IMG/VR virus record: IMGVR_UViG_3300044641_004147
Span: 1 to 64,000 of that record
DNA: 64,000 nucleotides
Direction: 5' to 3' (one strand)
Origin: a virus
Part shown: piece by piece, positions 50,620 to 60,121 of the stretch
Layout: each line of letters opens with the position of its first letter
Position numbering within the stretch: position 1 is the first letter of the stretch
Notes under the pieces: generated by a model
Told to the model about the DNA's origin: nothing
Database searches by the model: none
Seen by the model: only the letters and a program-made list of their open reading frames with translations
Made by a program: the position numbers and the translations under genes

Positions 50620-53600
50620 ATGCCATTAGCAACTGGTGGAACTTTAACAACCATTACAGTAGGATCAACTACCTACAATGTTCATACATTTACCAGCAGT
50701 GGAACCTTGACTTTTACTTCGGGCGGATCTATAGAATATCTTGTAGTTGCCGGTGGAGGCAGCGGAGGTGGCGATGCAGGCGCAGATGGTGGAGGCGGTG
50801 GAGGCGGATTTTTAAGTGGTACTGCGTCTGCTACAGTATCTCCTTATACAATTACCGTTGGAGCCGGCGGCGCTGCTAATACATCTGGATCGGACTCAAG
50901 TTTTTCGCTGGCAGGCACTGCCATTGGTGGTGGCCGTGGCGGCAGATTTATTGCTTGGAATGCAGGCGAAGCAGGACAAAATGGCGGATCCGGCGGTGGC
51001 GGTTCTGGAAACTATTTTGGTGGCCAAGCAGGCGGTACTGGAACAGCTGGCCAAGGTAACAACGGCGGCAGCGGCGCCGTGTTTAGTAATGGCAGCTACA
51101 AAGGTGGTGGCGGCGGAGGTGCCGGTAGCGTTGGTGGCGCTGCAGGTGCAACTTCGGCCGGAAACGGTGGCAGTGGTGCCGTCAGTTCAATAACTGGTGT
51201 TAATATAACTTACGCCGGCGGCGGTGGTGGCGGATCAATTCAAGAATCTGGGGCCACCACCGGTGGCGATGCCGGTGCTGGCGGCGGCGGAGAAGGCCAA
51301 AGATCGGGTAGCAGATCTGCCACTTCTGGTCTGACAAACACAGGTGGTGGCGGTGGCGGTGGTGCCGGTGCCGGCGGCTCGGGTATCGTTATTGTTCGAT
51401 ATATACCAGATGCTGGATCGGGCGCTCCAGTACCAGTTTCATACCCTGTAGCCACAGGAGGAACTTCGACTACCCAAGAAGTAAATTCTATAGGAACAAA
51501 GCAAGTATACAATATACATGCTTTTACAACCAGCGGAAATTTAACGGTAACACAAGGCGGTACTTTTGAATATATGGTTGCAGCCGGGGGCGGTGGTGGT
51601 GGGTCTGACATGGGCGGCGGAGGTGGTGGCGGAGGCTTCTTAACCGGCAATATTACATTAAATCCTGGTACTTACACTGTTACTGTTGGCGCTGGAGGCA
51701 CTGGAGCTACTGCCGGTACTGATCAGCCTAGAGCCATTTCTGGCGGTAGTTCGGCTATAACTCCATTTGGATTTAAAGGACACAGTTATAGTTTTGACGG
51801 TATCGGTGATGGTGTGAACTGTGGAACACAGAGCGCATACGCAATTGGATCAGGGGCCTTCTGCCTAGAGGGTTGGATATATAACCATGTAGTAAAAGAC
51901 TATAGTACATTATGGACTACACGACCCGACAACGGTGCCTATGGTGATGCGTATCATATCGGCTGGAGTGCTGTCGGCGGCATAAGTTTATATGTAGGCA
52001 GTGCAGCAGTAGTTGGCGGTGCGTCGGGTACAATTAGAGCTGGTCAGTGGCAACATATTGCAGCCTGTCGTAATTCTTCTGGCAATACTGCATTTTTTGT
52101 TGATGGCGTGCGTGTCGGTTATGTAGCCAGCTATACTAATAATTTTACAAGATCATTATTGGGACTAGGGGATTTTCCAACTACCAAAGTTGAAAGCATC
52201 AACGGTTATATTTCAAATGCTCGTATTGTTGTTGGCAATGCAGTCTATAACCCTACACAAACAACTTACACTGTACCAACTGCTCCGTTGACAGCAATTT
52301 CTGGCACTGTTATATTAACAGCACAGGACAATTCATTTATAGACAATTCTCCTAATAATTTTACTTTGACTGCACAGGGAAATAGTCAGACCAGTCACTT
52401 TACACCTTTTACCGGTATGGCCATTGGCGCAGCCGGTGGTGGAGGTGGTGCGTCGGATCATACTAGTCCTGCTGCTACCAGTGCTGCTGCATCTGGTGGC
52501 TCCGGTGGTGGAGCCGCAGGAAATAATGCCAACAGAGGTATAGGAATCACAGGACAAGGTAGTGCTGGCTCCAACAGTGCCGGATCTTGGTATCCTGGTG
52601 GTGGCGGTGGCGCTGGCGGAGCTGGCGCAACTAATCCTGCCAATGGTGGTGTTGGTCGAGAAAGTACTATTTTAGGAACTAGTTATTATTGGTCTGGCGG
52701 CGGCGCCGGGGCAGGATACACCGGAATTTCGGGCAATGGCGGCATTGGCGGTGGTGGCGGTGGTGCTCCTAAGAGTACTAATGGTGGTGGTAGTCCAGGC
52801 GCAGGTACTTACGCACAGGGTCAAGTTCCTTATATGCTGGTAGGAAACCACGGAGCATACGGAACATTGAACGCACAAACTAATGTGCCCGGAGGCCCCG
52901 GAATTATCAACTCTGGTGGTGGCGGTGGTGGTGGTTCTCACATCGGCACTTCGAATCCTGGTGGCAATGGTGGTTCGGGCATGGTAGTAATAAAATATCT
53001 GGCCAGTGCTAATGCGTCGGGCAGTGGTGGAGCTGGTGGACCAAATGCTGGTGGTGGCGGTGGTGCCGGCAACGACGGATATCTAGGACGAGTAGTACCT
53101 AGTGTAATAACAGTGTTTACCAGTTCGGGTAATTTAACAGTCACCGGTGCCGGCACCGTTGAATATCTTGTTGTTGGTGGTGGCGGAGGTGGCGGATCTG
53201 ACATGGGTGGTGGTGGCGGAGGTGGCGGTTACCTAGCAGGATTTACCACTCTTAGTTCTGGAACATATTTGGTTACAGTAGGAGCCGGAGGCGCAGGAGC
53301 GCCAGCTGGTATCAGTCAACCTCCGGGATCAAACGGTGGAGACAGTGCCATTCAAACTTATGCGTCTGGCATTGGAAACAACTACAGCTACTACTTTGAT
53401 ACCTATAACGACTTTATAAGTTTTCCTTCTAATGCAGCTTTTGATATTGGCAGCAATGACGCTTGTAAAGAGCTATGGTTCTGGATGTACAAAGATGATG
53501 GTACATATCATACATTCTGCGGACAAAACTCTGGTACGGGCAGTACAATACGACTTGCTTACAATAATGGTCAACTTTATTACAGTATTAATAACGATAC

Positions 53601-55524
53601 AGGTAGAGGTATTACCTCAGTTGAAGCACAAACTTGGTATCATGTGGTACTGACCTATACCAGTGGCACAGCCAAATTCTTTGTAAACGGACAACTACGA
53701 GATGTTACCACAGGCTTAGGCAGTATTACTGCCAGAGCAGAAACATATGTTATTGGACAGGAAGATAGTATATGGATGGATGGTTACATCAGTAACTTTA
53801 GATTCTGTAATGGCAGTATACCTACTCTGTATCAAACTGCTAGTACCACAATTGGCGCACAAATTTTTACGCCGCCAACTGCATCATTGACCACTACCAG
53901 TCAAGGAGCCACAGCGGCACATGTAAGATTACTAACTTGCCAAAGCTCTACAGTAGTTGATAATTCTACTAATAACTTTACGCCAACTAAAACTGGTGAG
54001 GTTATTTCTGTAAGATTTAATCCGTTTGAGAGATTGACCTCAGTGGGTGGCGGTGGTGGTGCCAGCGAATATAGTAACAACAACAGCCCGGGTCGCTCTG
54101 GTGGCAGTGGCGGTGGCACAGCCGGTGATAGTAGTACCACTTTTGGCCGAGGAATTCGGCCTAATTTACAAGGCTTACTGGGGCAAGGATTTGCTGGCGG
54201 TGCCAGTGGGGGCAGGTACTATCCTAGTGGTGGTGGCGGTGCCGGGGGCGCAGGTTCTAATAGTCCCGGCAACGGTGGCAACGGTGTACTAAATTCTATT
54301 TTGGGCGTAGGCTATTACTGGGCTGCTGGCGGCGGTGGTGCTGGTTATAGCAGTAATCCTGGTAACGGCGGACTAGGTGGTGGCGGAGGCGGAGCTCCAA
54401 AACAAAGTAGTGCATTTGGTGTTGCCGGCACCGGTGGTTATCAACCGGGCACAGATGGTACAGTTGGTAGCTTAAATAGCCAAACTAACGTTCCTGGAGG
54501 CCGTGGGGGCACAAACACCGGATCTGGTGGCGGTGGTGGTGCTCATTATAATAGTAATAATAATGGCGGAGCCGGTGGGTCTGGCATTGTAATTCTTAAA
54601 TATCGTCCAGACCAAGTTACTTTGTCGGGCGGTAGTCTTAGTTTAACTCTTACTACCTTGGATAATATCTATGGTGGAGGGTTCGGTGCCACTGGCAGCT
54701 CGTTGGCTGCTGGCAATAGAGGTAGCTTATTTGGCGGTGGTGGCGGTGGATCTGGCTCAGCCAAAGGTGGCGGTGGCGGTGGTATCAGCGTTATTGGTGT
54801 TCGTGATGGCTTGGCCTTAGGAGGCACTGCGGGCGGAACTGACGGCGGCAACGGACAAGCAGGTATTTTTGGAGAACCTGGTAGCAACGGTAACGGTGGA
54901 TTATACGGCGGGGGTGGTGGTGGTACTACTTACAGCGTACTAGATCCTGCGGTAGGAAACGGTGCCCGTGGTGCATTGGCAATTTTCTGGCAAGGAAATA
55001 TTTTACAGTATCCTACAGTAATACAGGCCAATAATGTGTCTGCTTTTGGTACGCCATGGGCATTGGCTCCTGGCGGAAATATTGCCCAGGGCTATTTACT
55101 TTCTAATGTAACCATTGAAAGTTTAGAAGCCGGAATAAGCGGAAACACCAGCACATTATTGGAACTAGAAGTGCGGTCCGAATCTAGGCCCACTGCCAAC
55201 AGTAATTTGGGTATTCTCACTGATACTATAGCAAATGCTAATATTAGAGCTGTGCTCAGTGTGAATTCTGTAACTGCAACTACTCCAATTACCGCGGTAA
55301 ATAACATTGCAGTCCAAGAACTTCAAATTATTACTTATAGAACCGATGACGAAATGATGTTGGTCACTGTGCAAAATACTGGTGGTTACACCAATTCTGC
55401 ACAGCGTATTGATCGTATCACAGAAGAAAACGATCCACGCAGAGTTAAGGCATATCTATTAAACTATATTGTTGGAGTTACTGGAGAAGACAACGATATT
55501 ATCCAGACACAAATCTGGTTCTAA
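50620..55524 (+). CDS. Glycine-rich fibre/adhesin with two LamG domains (1634 aa)
   Basis: Repeated HTFTSSG / EYLVV.GGG / GGSG.V...Y units; internal duplication; preceded by TAAATA at 50586. Confidence 0.8.
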   Translation: MPLATGGTLTTITVGSTTYNVHTFTSSGTLTFTSGGSIEYLVVAGGGSGGGDAGADGGGGGGGFLSGTASATVSPYTITVGAGGAANTSGSDSSFSLAGTAIGGGRGGRFIAWNAGEAGQNGGSGGGGSGNYFGGQAGGTGTAGQGNNGGSGAVFSNGSYKGGGGGGAGSVGGAAGATSAGNGGSGAVSSITGVNITYAGGGGGGSIQESGATTGGDAGAGGGGEGQRSGSRSATSGLTNTGGGGGGGAGAGGSGIVIVRYIPDAGSGAPVPVSYPVATGGTSTTQEVNSIGTKQVYNIHAFTTSGNLTVTQGGTFEYMVAAGGGGGGSDMGGGGGGGGFLTGNITLNPGTYTVTVGAGGTGATAGTDQPRAISGGSSAITPFGFKGHSYSFDGIGDGVNCGTQSAYAIGSGAFCLEGWIYNHVVKDYSTLWTTRPDNGAYGDAYHIGWSAVGGISLYVGSAAVVGGASGTIRAGQWQHIAACRNSSGNTAFFVDGVRVGYVASYTNNFTRSLLGLGDFPTTKVESINGYISNARIVVGNAVYNPTQTTYTVPTAPLTAISGTVILTAQDNSFIDNSPNNFTLTAQGNSQTSHFTPFTGMAIGAAGGGGGASDHTSPAATSAAASGGSGGGAAGNNANRGIGITGQGSAGSNSAGSWYPGGGGGAGGAGATNPANGGVGRESTILGTSYYWSGGGAGAGYTGISGNGGIGGGGGGAPKSTNGGGSPGAGTYAQGQVPYMLVGNHGAYGTLNAQTNVPGGPGIINSGGGGGGGSHIGTSNPGGNGGSGMVVIKYLASANASGSGGAGGPNAGGGGGAGNDGYLGRVVPSVITVFTSSGNLTVTGAGTVEYLVVGGGGGGGSDMGGGGGGGGYLAGFTTLSSGTYLVTVGAGGAGAPAGISQPPGSNGGDSAIQTYASGIGNNYSYYFDTYNDFISFPSNAAFDIGSNDACKELWFWMYKDDGTYHTFCGQNSGTGSTIRLAYNNGQLYYSINNDTGRGITSVEAQTWYHVVLTYTSGTAKFFVNGQLRDVTTGLGSITARAETYVIGQEDSIWMDGYISNFRFCNGSIPTLYQTASTTIGAQIFTPPTASLTTTSQGATAAHVRLLTCQSSTVVDNSTNNFTPTKTGEVISVRFNPFERLTSVGGGGGASEYSNNNSPGRSGGSGGGTAGDSSTTFGRGIRPNLQGLLGQGFAGGASGGRYYPSGGGGAGGAGSNSPGNGGNGVLNSILGVGYYWAAGGGGAGYSSNPGNGGLGGGGGGAPKQSSAFGVAGTGGYQPGTDGTVGSLNSQTNVPGGRGGTNTGSGGGGGAHYNSNNNGGAGGSGIVILKYRPDQVTLSGGSLSLTLTTLDNIYGGGFGATGSSLAAGNRGSLFGGGGGGSGSAKGGGGGGISVIGVRDGLALGGTAGGTDGGNGQAGIFGEPGSNGNGGLYGGGGGGTTYSVLDPAVGNGARGALAIFWQGNILQYPTVIQANNVSAFGTPWALAPGGNIAQGYLLSNVTIESLEAGISGNTSTLLELEVRSESRPTANSNLGILTDTIANANIRAVLSVNSVTATTPITAVNNIAVQELQIITYRTDDEMMLVTVQNTGGYTNSAQRIDRITEENDPRRVKAYLLNYIVGVTGEDNDIIQTQIWF

Positions 55525-55543
55525 CAAATTAAAGAGGAAAAAA

Positions 55544-55921
55544 ATGGCACATTTTGCTAAAGTAGAAAACGGTACAGTTACACAGGTTATTGTAGCAGAA
55601 CAAGATTTTATCGATTCTGGTGCAGTAGGAGATCCTGCAAGTTGGTTACAAACTAGCTATAATACACGCGGCGGTGTACACTATGGTCAAAATGGTGAAC
55701 CCGATGGCAGCGCAGGACTACGCAAAAATTATGCAGGAATTGGTTACACTTACGATACCGGCAGAGATGCGTTTATTCCGCCTAAGCCCTTTGACAGTTG
55801 GGTACTCAACGAGAGCACTTGTCTTTGGGAAGCGCCGGTGGAAATGCCGCATGATGGTCAGCGTTATACCTGGGATGAACCCACAACCAGCTGGGTTTTA
55901 TTACCCGAAATGAACCCTTAA
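55544..55921 (+). CDS. MAHFA-type small phage protein, possible fibre assembly/partner protein
   Basis: Start reassigned to ATG 55544 after SD AGAGG; W.QTSYN, RKNYAGIGYTYD..RDAFIPPKP..SW.L.E..C.W.AP motifs. Confidence 0.75.
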   Translation: MAHFAKVENGTVTQVIVAEQDFIDSGAVGDPASWLQTSYNTRGGVHYGQNGEPDGSAGLRKNYAGIGYTYDTGRDAFIPPKPFDSWVLNESTCLWEAPVEMPHDGQRYTWDEPTTSWVLLPEMNP

Positions 55922-55947
55922 TCGGTTCATTTACCGGGCATAGCAGC

Positions 55948-56009
55948 TAGACTGCGCTTGACCATAAATATGTTAACGAGGACAAATTATGGTCGTTGAG
56001 CGCAGTCTA
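55948..56009 (+). promoter_or_regulatory. Long hairpin overlapping late promoter TAAATA (55965-55970) and pairing the ATG of a 28-aa ORF
   Basis: TAGACTGCGCT/AGCGCAGTCTA (11 bp) plus GACCATAA/TTATGGTC (8 bp). Confidence 0.65.
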
Positions 56010-56075
56010 TTTCTTTGTGTGCAAAATCAAAGATCAGTCCTACATACCCAAGATAATAATAAAAAGGTTGTGTAA
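55989..56075 (+). CDS. Putative 28-aa leader ORF MVVERSLFLCVQNQRSVLHTQDNNKKVV, TAATG-coupled to the 56075 gene
   Basis: SD GAGG upstream; TAA at 56073-56075 overlaps the next ATG. Confidence 0.45.
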   Translation: MVVERSLFLCVQNQRSVLHTQDNNKKVV

Positions 56076-58720
56076 TGGCAATTCTAAGAGTTGAACCCAA
56101 TATAATTAACAGTAACGGAGCCTATACCATGGACTCTGTTACTGCCAACACTGTTGTGGTCAGTGGCACTATACTGCCCACAGTTAGCAATGTAATTAAT
56201 ATTGGTAGCCCTACACAGCGTTTTGGTACAATTTATCTAGCTGGAAACACCATTGACTTAGGTGGTGCACAGATTAACAGCACTGAAGGCAACATTAGTT
56301 TTGCTACTACAGCAGGTAATATTGAACTTACTTCACTGCTTATTGACTTTTTGTCCAATGTTGCAGTACAAGGTTCGCCGGGAGCACAGGGAAATATTGG
56401 CTATACAGGCTCTTCGGGCACCGCAGGAACCGCAGGTTTTACAGGTAGTCAGGGTATACCGGGTAACCCAGGCGGATATACAGGTAGTACAGGTTTCGTA
56501 GGCAGTCAAGGCGACCCTGGCGGATATACAGGTAGTCGTGGATTTACTGGTAGTTCTGGATCCGATGGTGCCGCAGGATCACCGGGCACAGCAGGTTTTA
56601 CAGGCAGTGCCGGCCCTGCCGGCGGGTATACCGGTAGTCGAGGCAACACTGGATTCTCTGGTAGTATTGGCAATACTGGTAGTACAGGTTTTACAGGTAG
56701 TCAGGGCATCCCTGGTGCAGCCGCAGATAAAGGATACACAGGTAGCCAAGGCGATACAGGTACTCCAGGGGCCACGGGCGGTCTAGGATACACTGGTAGT
56801 CAGGGCATTCCCGGTGAAGCTGCCGCAGTAGGATATACAGGTAGTCTAGGTTTTGTAGGCAGTGCTGGCACCACAGGAGGACTGGGATTTACTGGTAGTC
56901 AGGGTATTGCTGGTGCAGCCGCAGATAAAGGATACACAGGTAGTCAAGGCGATCTAGGTTACACTGGTAGTGTAGGATCAATTGGCGTCACCGGATTCAC
57001 AGGTAGTCGGGGAGCTTTTGATGCAGTAGGATTTACTGGTAGCCAGGGCACAACTGGGTTTGTCGGTAGTCAAGGCAATTTAGGATACAGTGGTAGTAAA
57101 GGCGACACCGGCTTAGGATTTACAATTGCTAAATCATATGTTAGCGTAGCCGCACTGACAGCAGATACAAGCCCAACAAGTATCGCAGCAGGACAATTTG
57201 CCATAATTGAAACTGGCAACGTTAACGATGCCGAAAACAGTAGATTATATTTGTGGACTGGTAGCGCATACAATTATGTAAATGACTTATCTGGTGCAAT
57301 CGGTCTAACAGGTCCGCAAGGATCTACTGGCTTTGTGGGTAGTCAAGGAACTACTGGATTTGTAGGAAGCCAAGGTGGCAGTGGTTACACAGGTAGCCTA
57401 GGAGTAGCTGGTGGCATAAATTATGCAGTTACTAATTCTGGAGCCAGCAGTTATACCATTGCTGGGTCTAGCAATCCTACACTGACACTGATCAAAGGGT
57501 TTACTTACTATTTTACAGTTTCAGCTAGTGGACATCCTTTCTGGATTAAAACAGCACAGGCCACAGGCACAGGTAGTGCTTATACTAGCGGTGTAACCAA
57601 CAACGGTGTTGAGTCTGGTACAGTGACATTTACGGTACCATTTGATGCCCCGGCTACTCTTTACTATATTTGCCAACACCATGGCTCAATGGTTGGTACG
57701 CTGAATATAGTAGAATCTATGCAGGGGTATGTAGGTAGCCAAGGCGTTGGCTACACCGGATCAAAGGGCACTGGTGCAATAACAACAGCATCTTCTGCTC
57801 CTGCTACACCCAACACTGGTGATTTGTGGTACAACACAGTACGAGATGTTCTACTGCGATATATGAATGTGGGCACTGGGTCGTTCTGGATTGATATGTC
57901 AGGACCGGTATACAATTTTGGCATCAGTGCTGTAACTTCAACAGCTATCTATCTTTCTGCACAAGGACCAACGGTTGAATATTTAATGGTAGCCGGTGGC
58001 GGAGGCGGTGGTGGAGGCGTATCTGCTGCATACAATTCTGGATCGGGAGGAGCCGGCGGCCTGTTAACTAGTTCTGCGGTATTTACACCTGGTACAACAT
58101 ATACCATTACAGTGGGTGCTGGCGGAGCAGGTGGCGCTACTGTGGCCGGTACCACTGGATCAAATACAACATTAAGTGGTTTAAACATCACAGCGTACGG
58201 CGGTGGTGGAGGCGGTGGTTCGGGCAATGGACTCAATGGTGGTTCAGGTGGGGGTGGCGGCGGCCCAGCTGGAGCCACTACAGGTGGTAAAGGTGTTTAC
58301 CCTGGATCAACCTATATTGATGGACCTCGACAAGGATACGATGGTGGCAACGGACCCGGTGGTTATGGTGGCGGTGGTGGCGGTGGTGCCGGCGGAGCAG
58401 GCAGCGGCGGAACTGCAGGAATTGGAGTGTCCAGTTCTATTAGCGGAACATCAGTTGGATATGCCGGAGGTGGTGGCAGTTCGGGCTATGGTGCTGGTAC
58501 CGGCAATGGCGGAGCAGCAACAAGTAATTCTGGTAGCGGTGGAGCAGCAGGATGGGCATCTCCTCAGAATGCTGGAGGTGCTGGCGGATCTGGAATTGTA
58601 ATATTACGATACCTTGACACATATTCCGCACCATCACTGACCACCGGAAGCCCAACGGTTACTGTTGCCGGCGGGTATAGAATATACAAATTTACCACTA
58701 GTGGTAGTATAACATTTTAA
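56075..58720 (+). CDS. Collagen-like fibre with cupredoxin-like and glycine-rich domains
   Basis: GFTGS tract; GHPFWI...LYYICQHHGSM.G; terminal YRIYKFTTSGSITF. Confidence 0.8.
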   Translation: MAILRVEPNIINSNGAYTMDSVTANTVVVSGTILPTVSNVINIGSPTQRFGTIYLAGNTIDLGGAQINSTEGNISFATTAGNIELTSLLIDFLSNVAVQGSPGAQGNIGYTGSSGTAGTAGFTGSQGIPGNPGGYTGSTGFVGSQGDPGGYTGSRGFTGSSGSDGAAGSPGTAGFTGSAGPAGGYTGSRGNTGFSGSIGNTGSTGFTGSQGIPGAAADKGYTGSQGDTGTPGATGGLGYTGSQGIPGEAAAVGYTGSLGFVGSAGTTGGLGFTGSQGIAGAAADKGYTGSQGDLGYTGSVGSIGVTGFTGSRGAFDAVGFTGSQGTTGFVGSQGNLGYSGSKGDTGLGFTIAKSYVSVAALTADTSPTSIAAGQFAIIETGNVNDAENSRLYLWTGSAYNYVNDLSGAIGLTGPQGSTGFVGSQGTTGFVGSQGGSGYTGSLGVAGGINYAVTNSGASSYTIAGSSNPTLTLIKGFTYYFTVSASGHPFWIKTAQATGTGSAYTSGVTNNGVESGTVTFTVPFDAPATLYYICQHHGSMVGTLNIVESMQGYVGSQGVGYTGSKGTGAITTASSAPATPNTGDLWYNTVRDVLLRYMNVGTGSFWIDMSGPVYNFGISAVTSTAIYLSAQGPTVEYLMVAGGGGGGGGVSAAYNSGSGGAGGLLTSSAVFTPGTTYTITVGAGGAGGATVAGTTGSNTTLSGLNITAYGGGGGGGSGNGLNGGSGGGGGGPAGATTGGKGVYPGSTYIDGPRQGYDGGNGPGGYGGGGGGGAGGAGSGGTAGIGVSSSISGTSVGYAGGGGSSGYGAGTGNGGAATSNSGSGGAAGWASPQNAGGAGGSGIVILRYLDTYSAPSLTTGSPTVTVAGGYRIYKFTTSGSITF

Positions 58721-58732
58721 ACGGAATTTATA

Positions 58733-60109
58733 ATGGCATTTCCAGGATCACCGATTAATGGACAAATAACTGTAGTTAACAATATTAGCTACACTTACGA
58801 AGCGGCATCAAATGCTTGGTATAGAACTGGAGAAACTTCGGCTAATCTAATAACCGTAGACACAGTTTCAATATCATCAAATGCCACTAGCACCAGCACT
58901 ACCACAGGAGTATTAACGGTTGCCGGTGGCGCAGGTATTGCGGGTAATGTATTTGCTGGTGCAGTGTATACTAACAGTTATTTTTATGCCAATGGCTCAG
59001 CATTTGCCGGAGGTACTGGTGGAGTTGGATTTACCGGATCTGCTGGTGCAGGTTTCACTGGCAGCGCAGGATTTGTTGGATCTGCTGGAACGGTAGGATT
59101 TACTGGTAGCACCGGAGTAGGATATACAGGAAGCGCAGGTGGTGGATCATTTACCACTGGCAATACTGCACCAGGTTCTCCTGCAACTGGAGCATTCTGG
59201 TTTAATACCAATGATGATACTTTGTACCAGTATATGAATACTGGGTTAGCGTCTTATTGGATTGATATAACAGGATCAGAATATAATTTTGGTGTAAGTG
59301 CAGTTACTCAAGGAGCCATAGCTTCAACCGCTGCTTCAACACCGTCAATTGAATATTTGGTTGTGGCTGGCGGCGGTAGTGGAGCCAAAGGGCAGTCAAG
59401 TGTAGGAACTGGTGGTGGTGGTGCAGGTGGCCTGTTAACTGGTACCGTAGTTCCAGCTGTTGGAACTAGCTACACTATTACAATAGGTGCGGGTGGCGCA
59501 GAGCAACCTACAATGAATATGCCTGGTAATGCAGGCAGCAACTCTTCCATTGGTGCTTTAGTTTTAACTTATGGTGGCGGCCGTGGCGGATTCTGGAGCA
59601 CTAACTTTGCTGGTGGCGGCGCTGGCAACGGCGGATCAGGTGGCGGCCGTGGAGGTAGTACCTCTTTTATAGGTTATGGAGTATACCCTGGATCTCCATA
59701 CATAGATGCTCCTAGACAAGGTTACGATGGCGGCAATGGTACTGGAACAGTAGGCGGTGGTGGAACCACTGGCGGAGGTGGTGGCGGTGCTGGAGGCGCA
59801 GGCACTGGTTCAACAGGCGGTATAGGGTTGAGTAGCAGTATATCAGGATCGGCTGTTACATATGCTGCTGGTGGAGCCGGCGGCGCTGGTACTGCTGGTG
59901 GATTGACAGGAGCAGCCAATACCGGAAACGGTGGCGCTGGCGGAAGTGGTGTTGATGCAGGCGCAGGTAAAGCCGGAGGATCTGGCGTGGTTATTATAAG
60001 ATACCCTTCGCAGTATTCGACTGCAACAACAACCGGATCACCTTCCTATACTAATGTAAATAATTACAAAACATTCATATTTACAAGCTCCGGCACAATA
60101 ACATTTTAA
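58733..60109 (+). CDS. Short collagen-like fibre with glycine-rich C-terminal domain
   Basis: MAFPGSP..GQ module, GFTGS repeats, WIDITG module, EYLVVAGGG...FTSSGTITF. Confidence 0.8.
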   Translation: MAFPGSPINGQITVVNNISYTYEAASNAWYRTGETSANLITVDTVSISSNATSTSTTTGVLTVAGGAGIAGNVFAGAVYTNSYFYANGSAFAGGTGGVGFTGSAGAGFTGSAGFVGSAGTVGFTGSTGVGYTGSAGGGSFTTGNTAPGSPATGAFWFNTNDDTLYQYMNTGLASYWIDITGSEYNFGVSAVTQGAIASTAASTPSIEYLVVAGGGSGAKGQSSVGTGGGGAGGLLTGTVVPAVGTSYTITIGAGGAEQPTMNMPGNAGSNSSIGALVLTYGGGRGGFWSTNFAGGGAGNGGSGGGRGGSTSFIGYGVYPGSPYIDAPRQGYDGGNGTGTVGGGGTTGGGGGGAGGAGTGSTGGIGLSSSISGSAVTYAAGGAGGAGTAGGLTGAANTGNGGAGGSGVDAGAGKAGGSGVVIIRYPSQYSTATTTGSPSYTNVNNYKTFIFTSSGTITF

Positions 60110-60121
60110 AGAGATATAACA

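Noticed and set aside
55469-55543. ORF-track start at 55469 for the 150-aa ORF
   Set aside because: It overlaps the previous gene; the ATG at 55544 has an SD and gives the typical MAHFA N-terminus.
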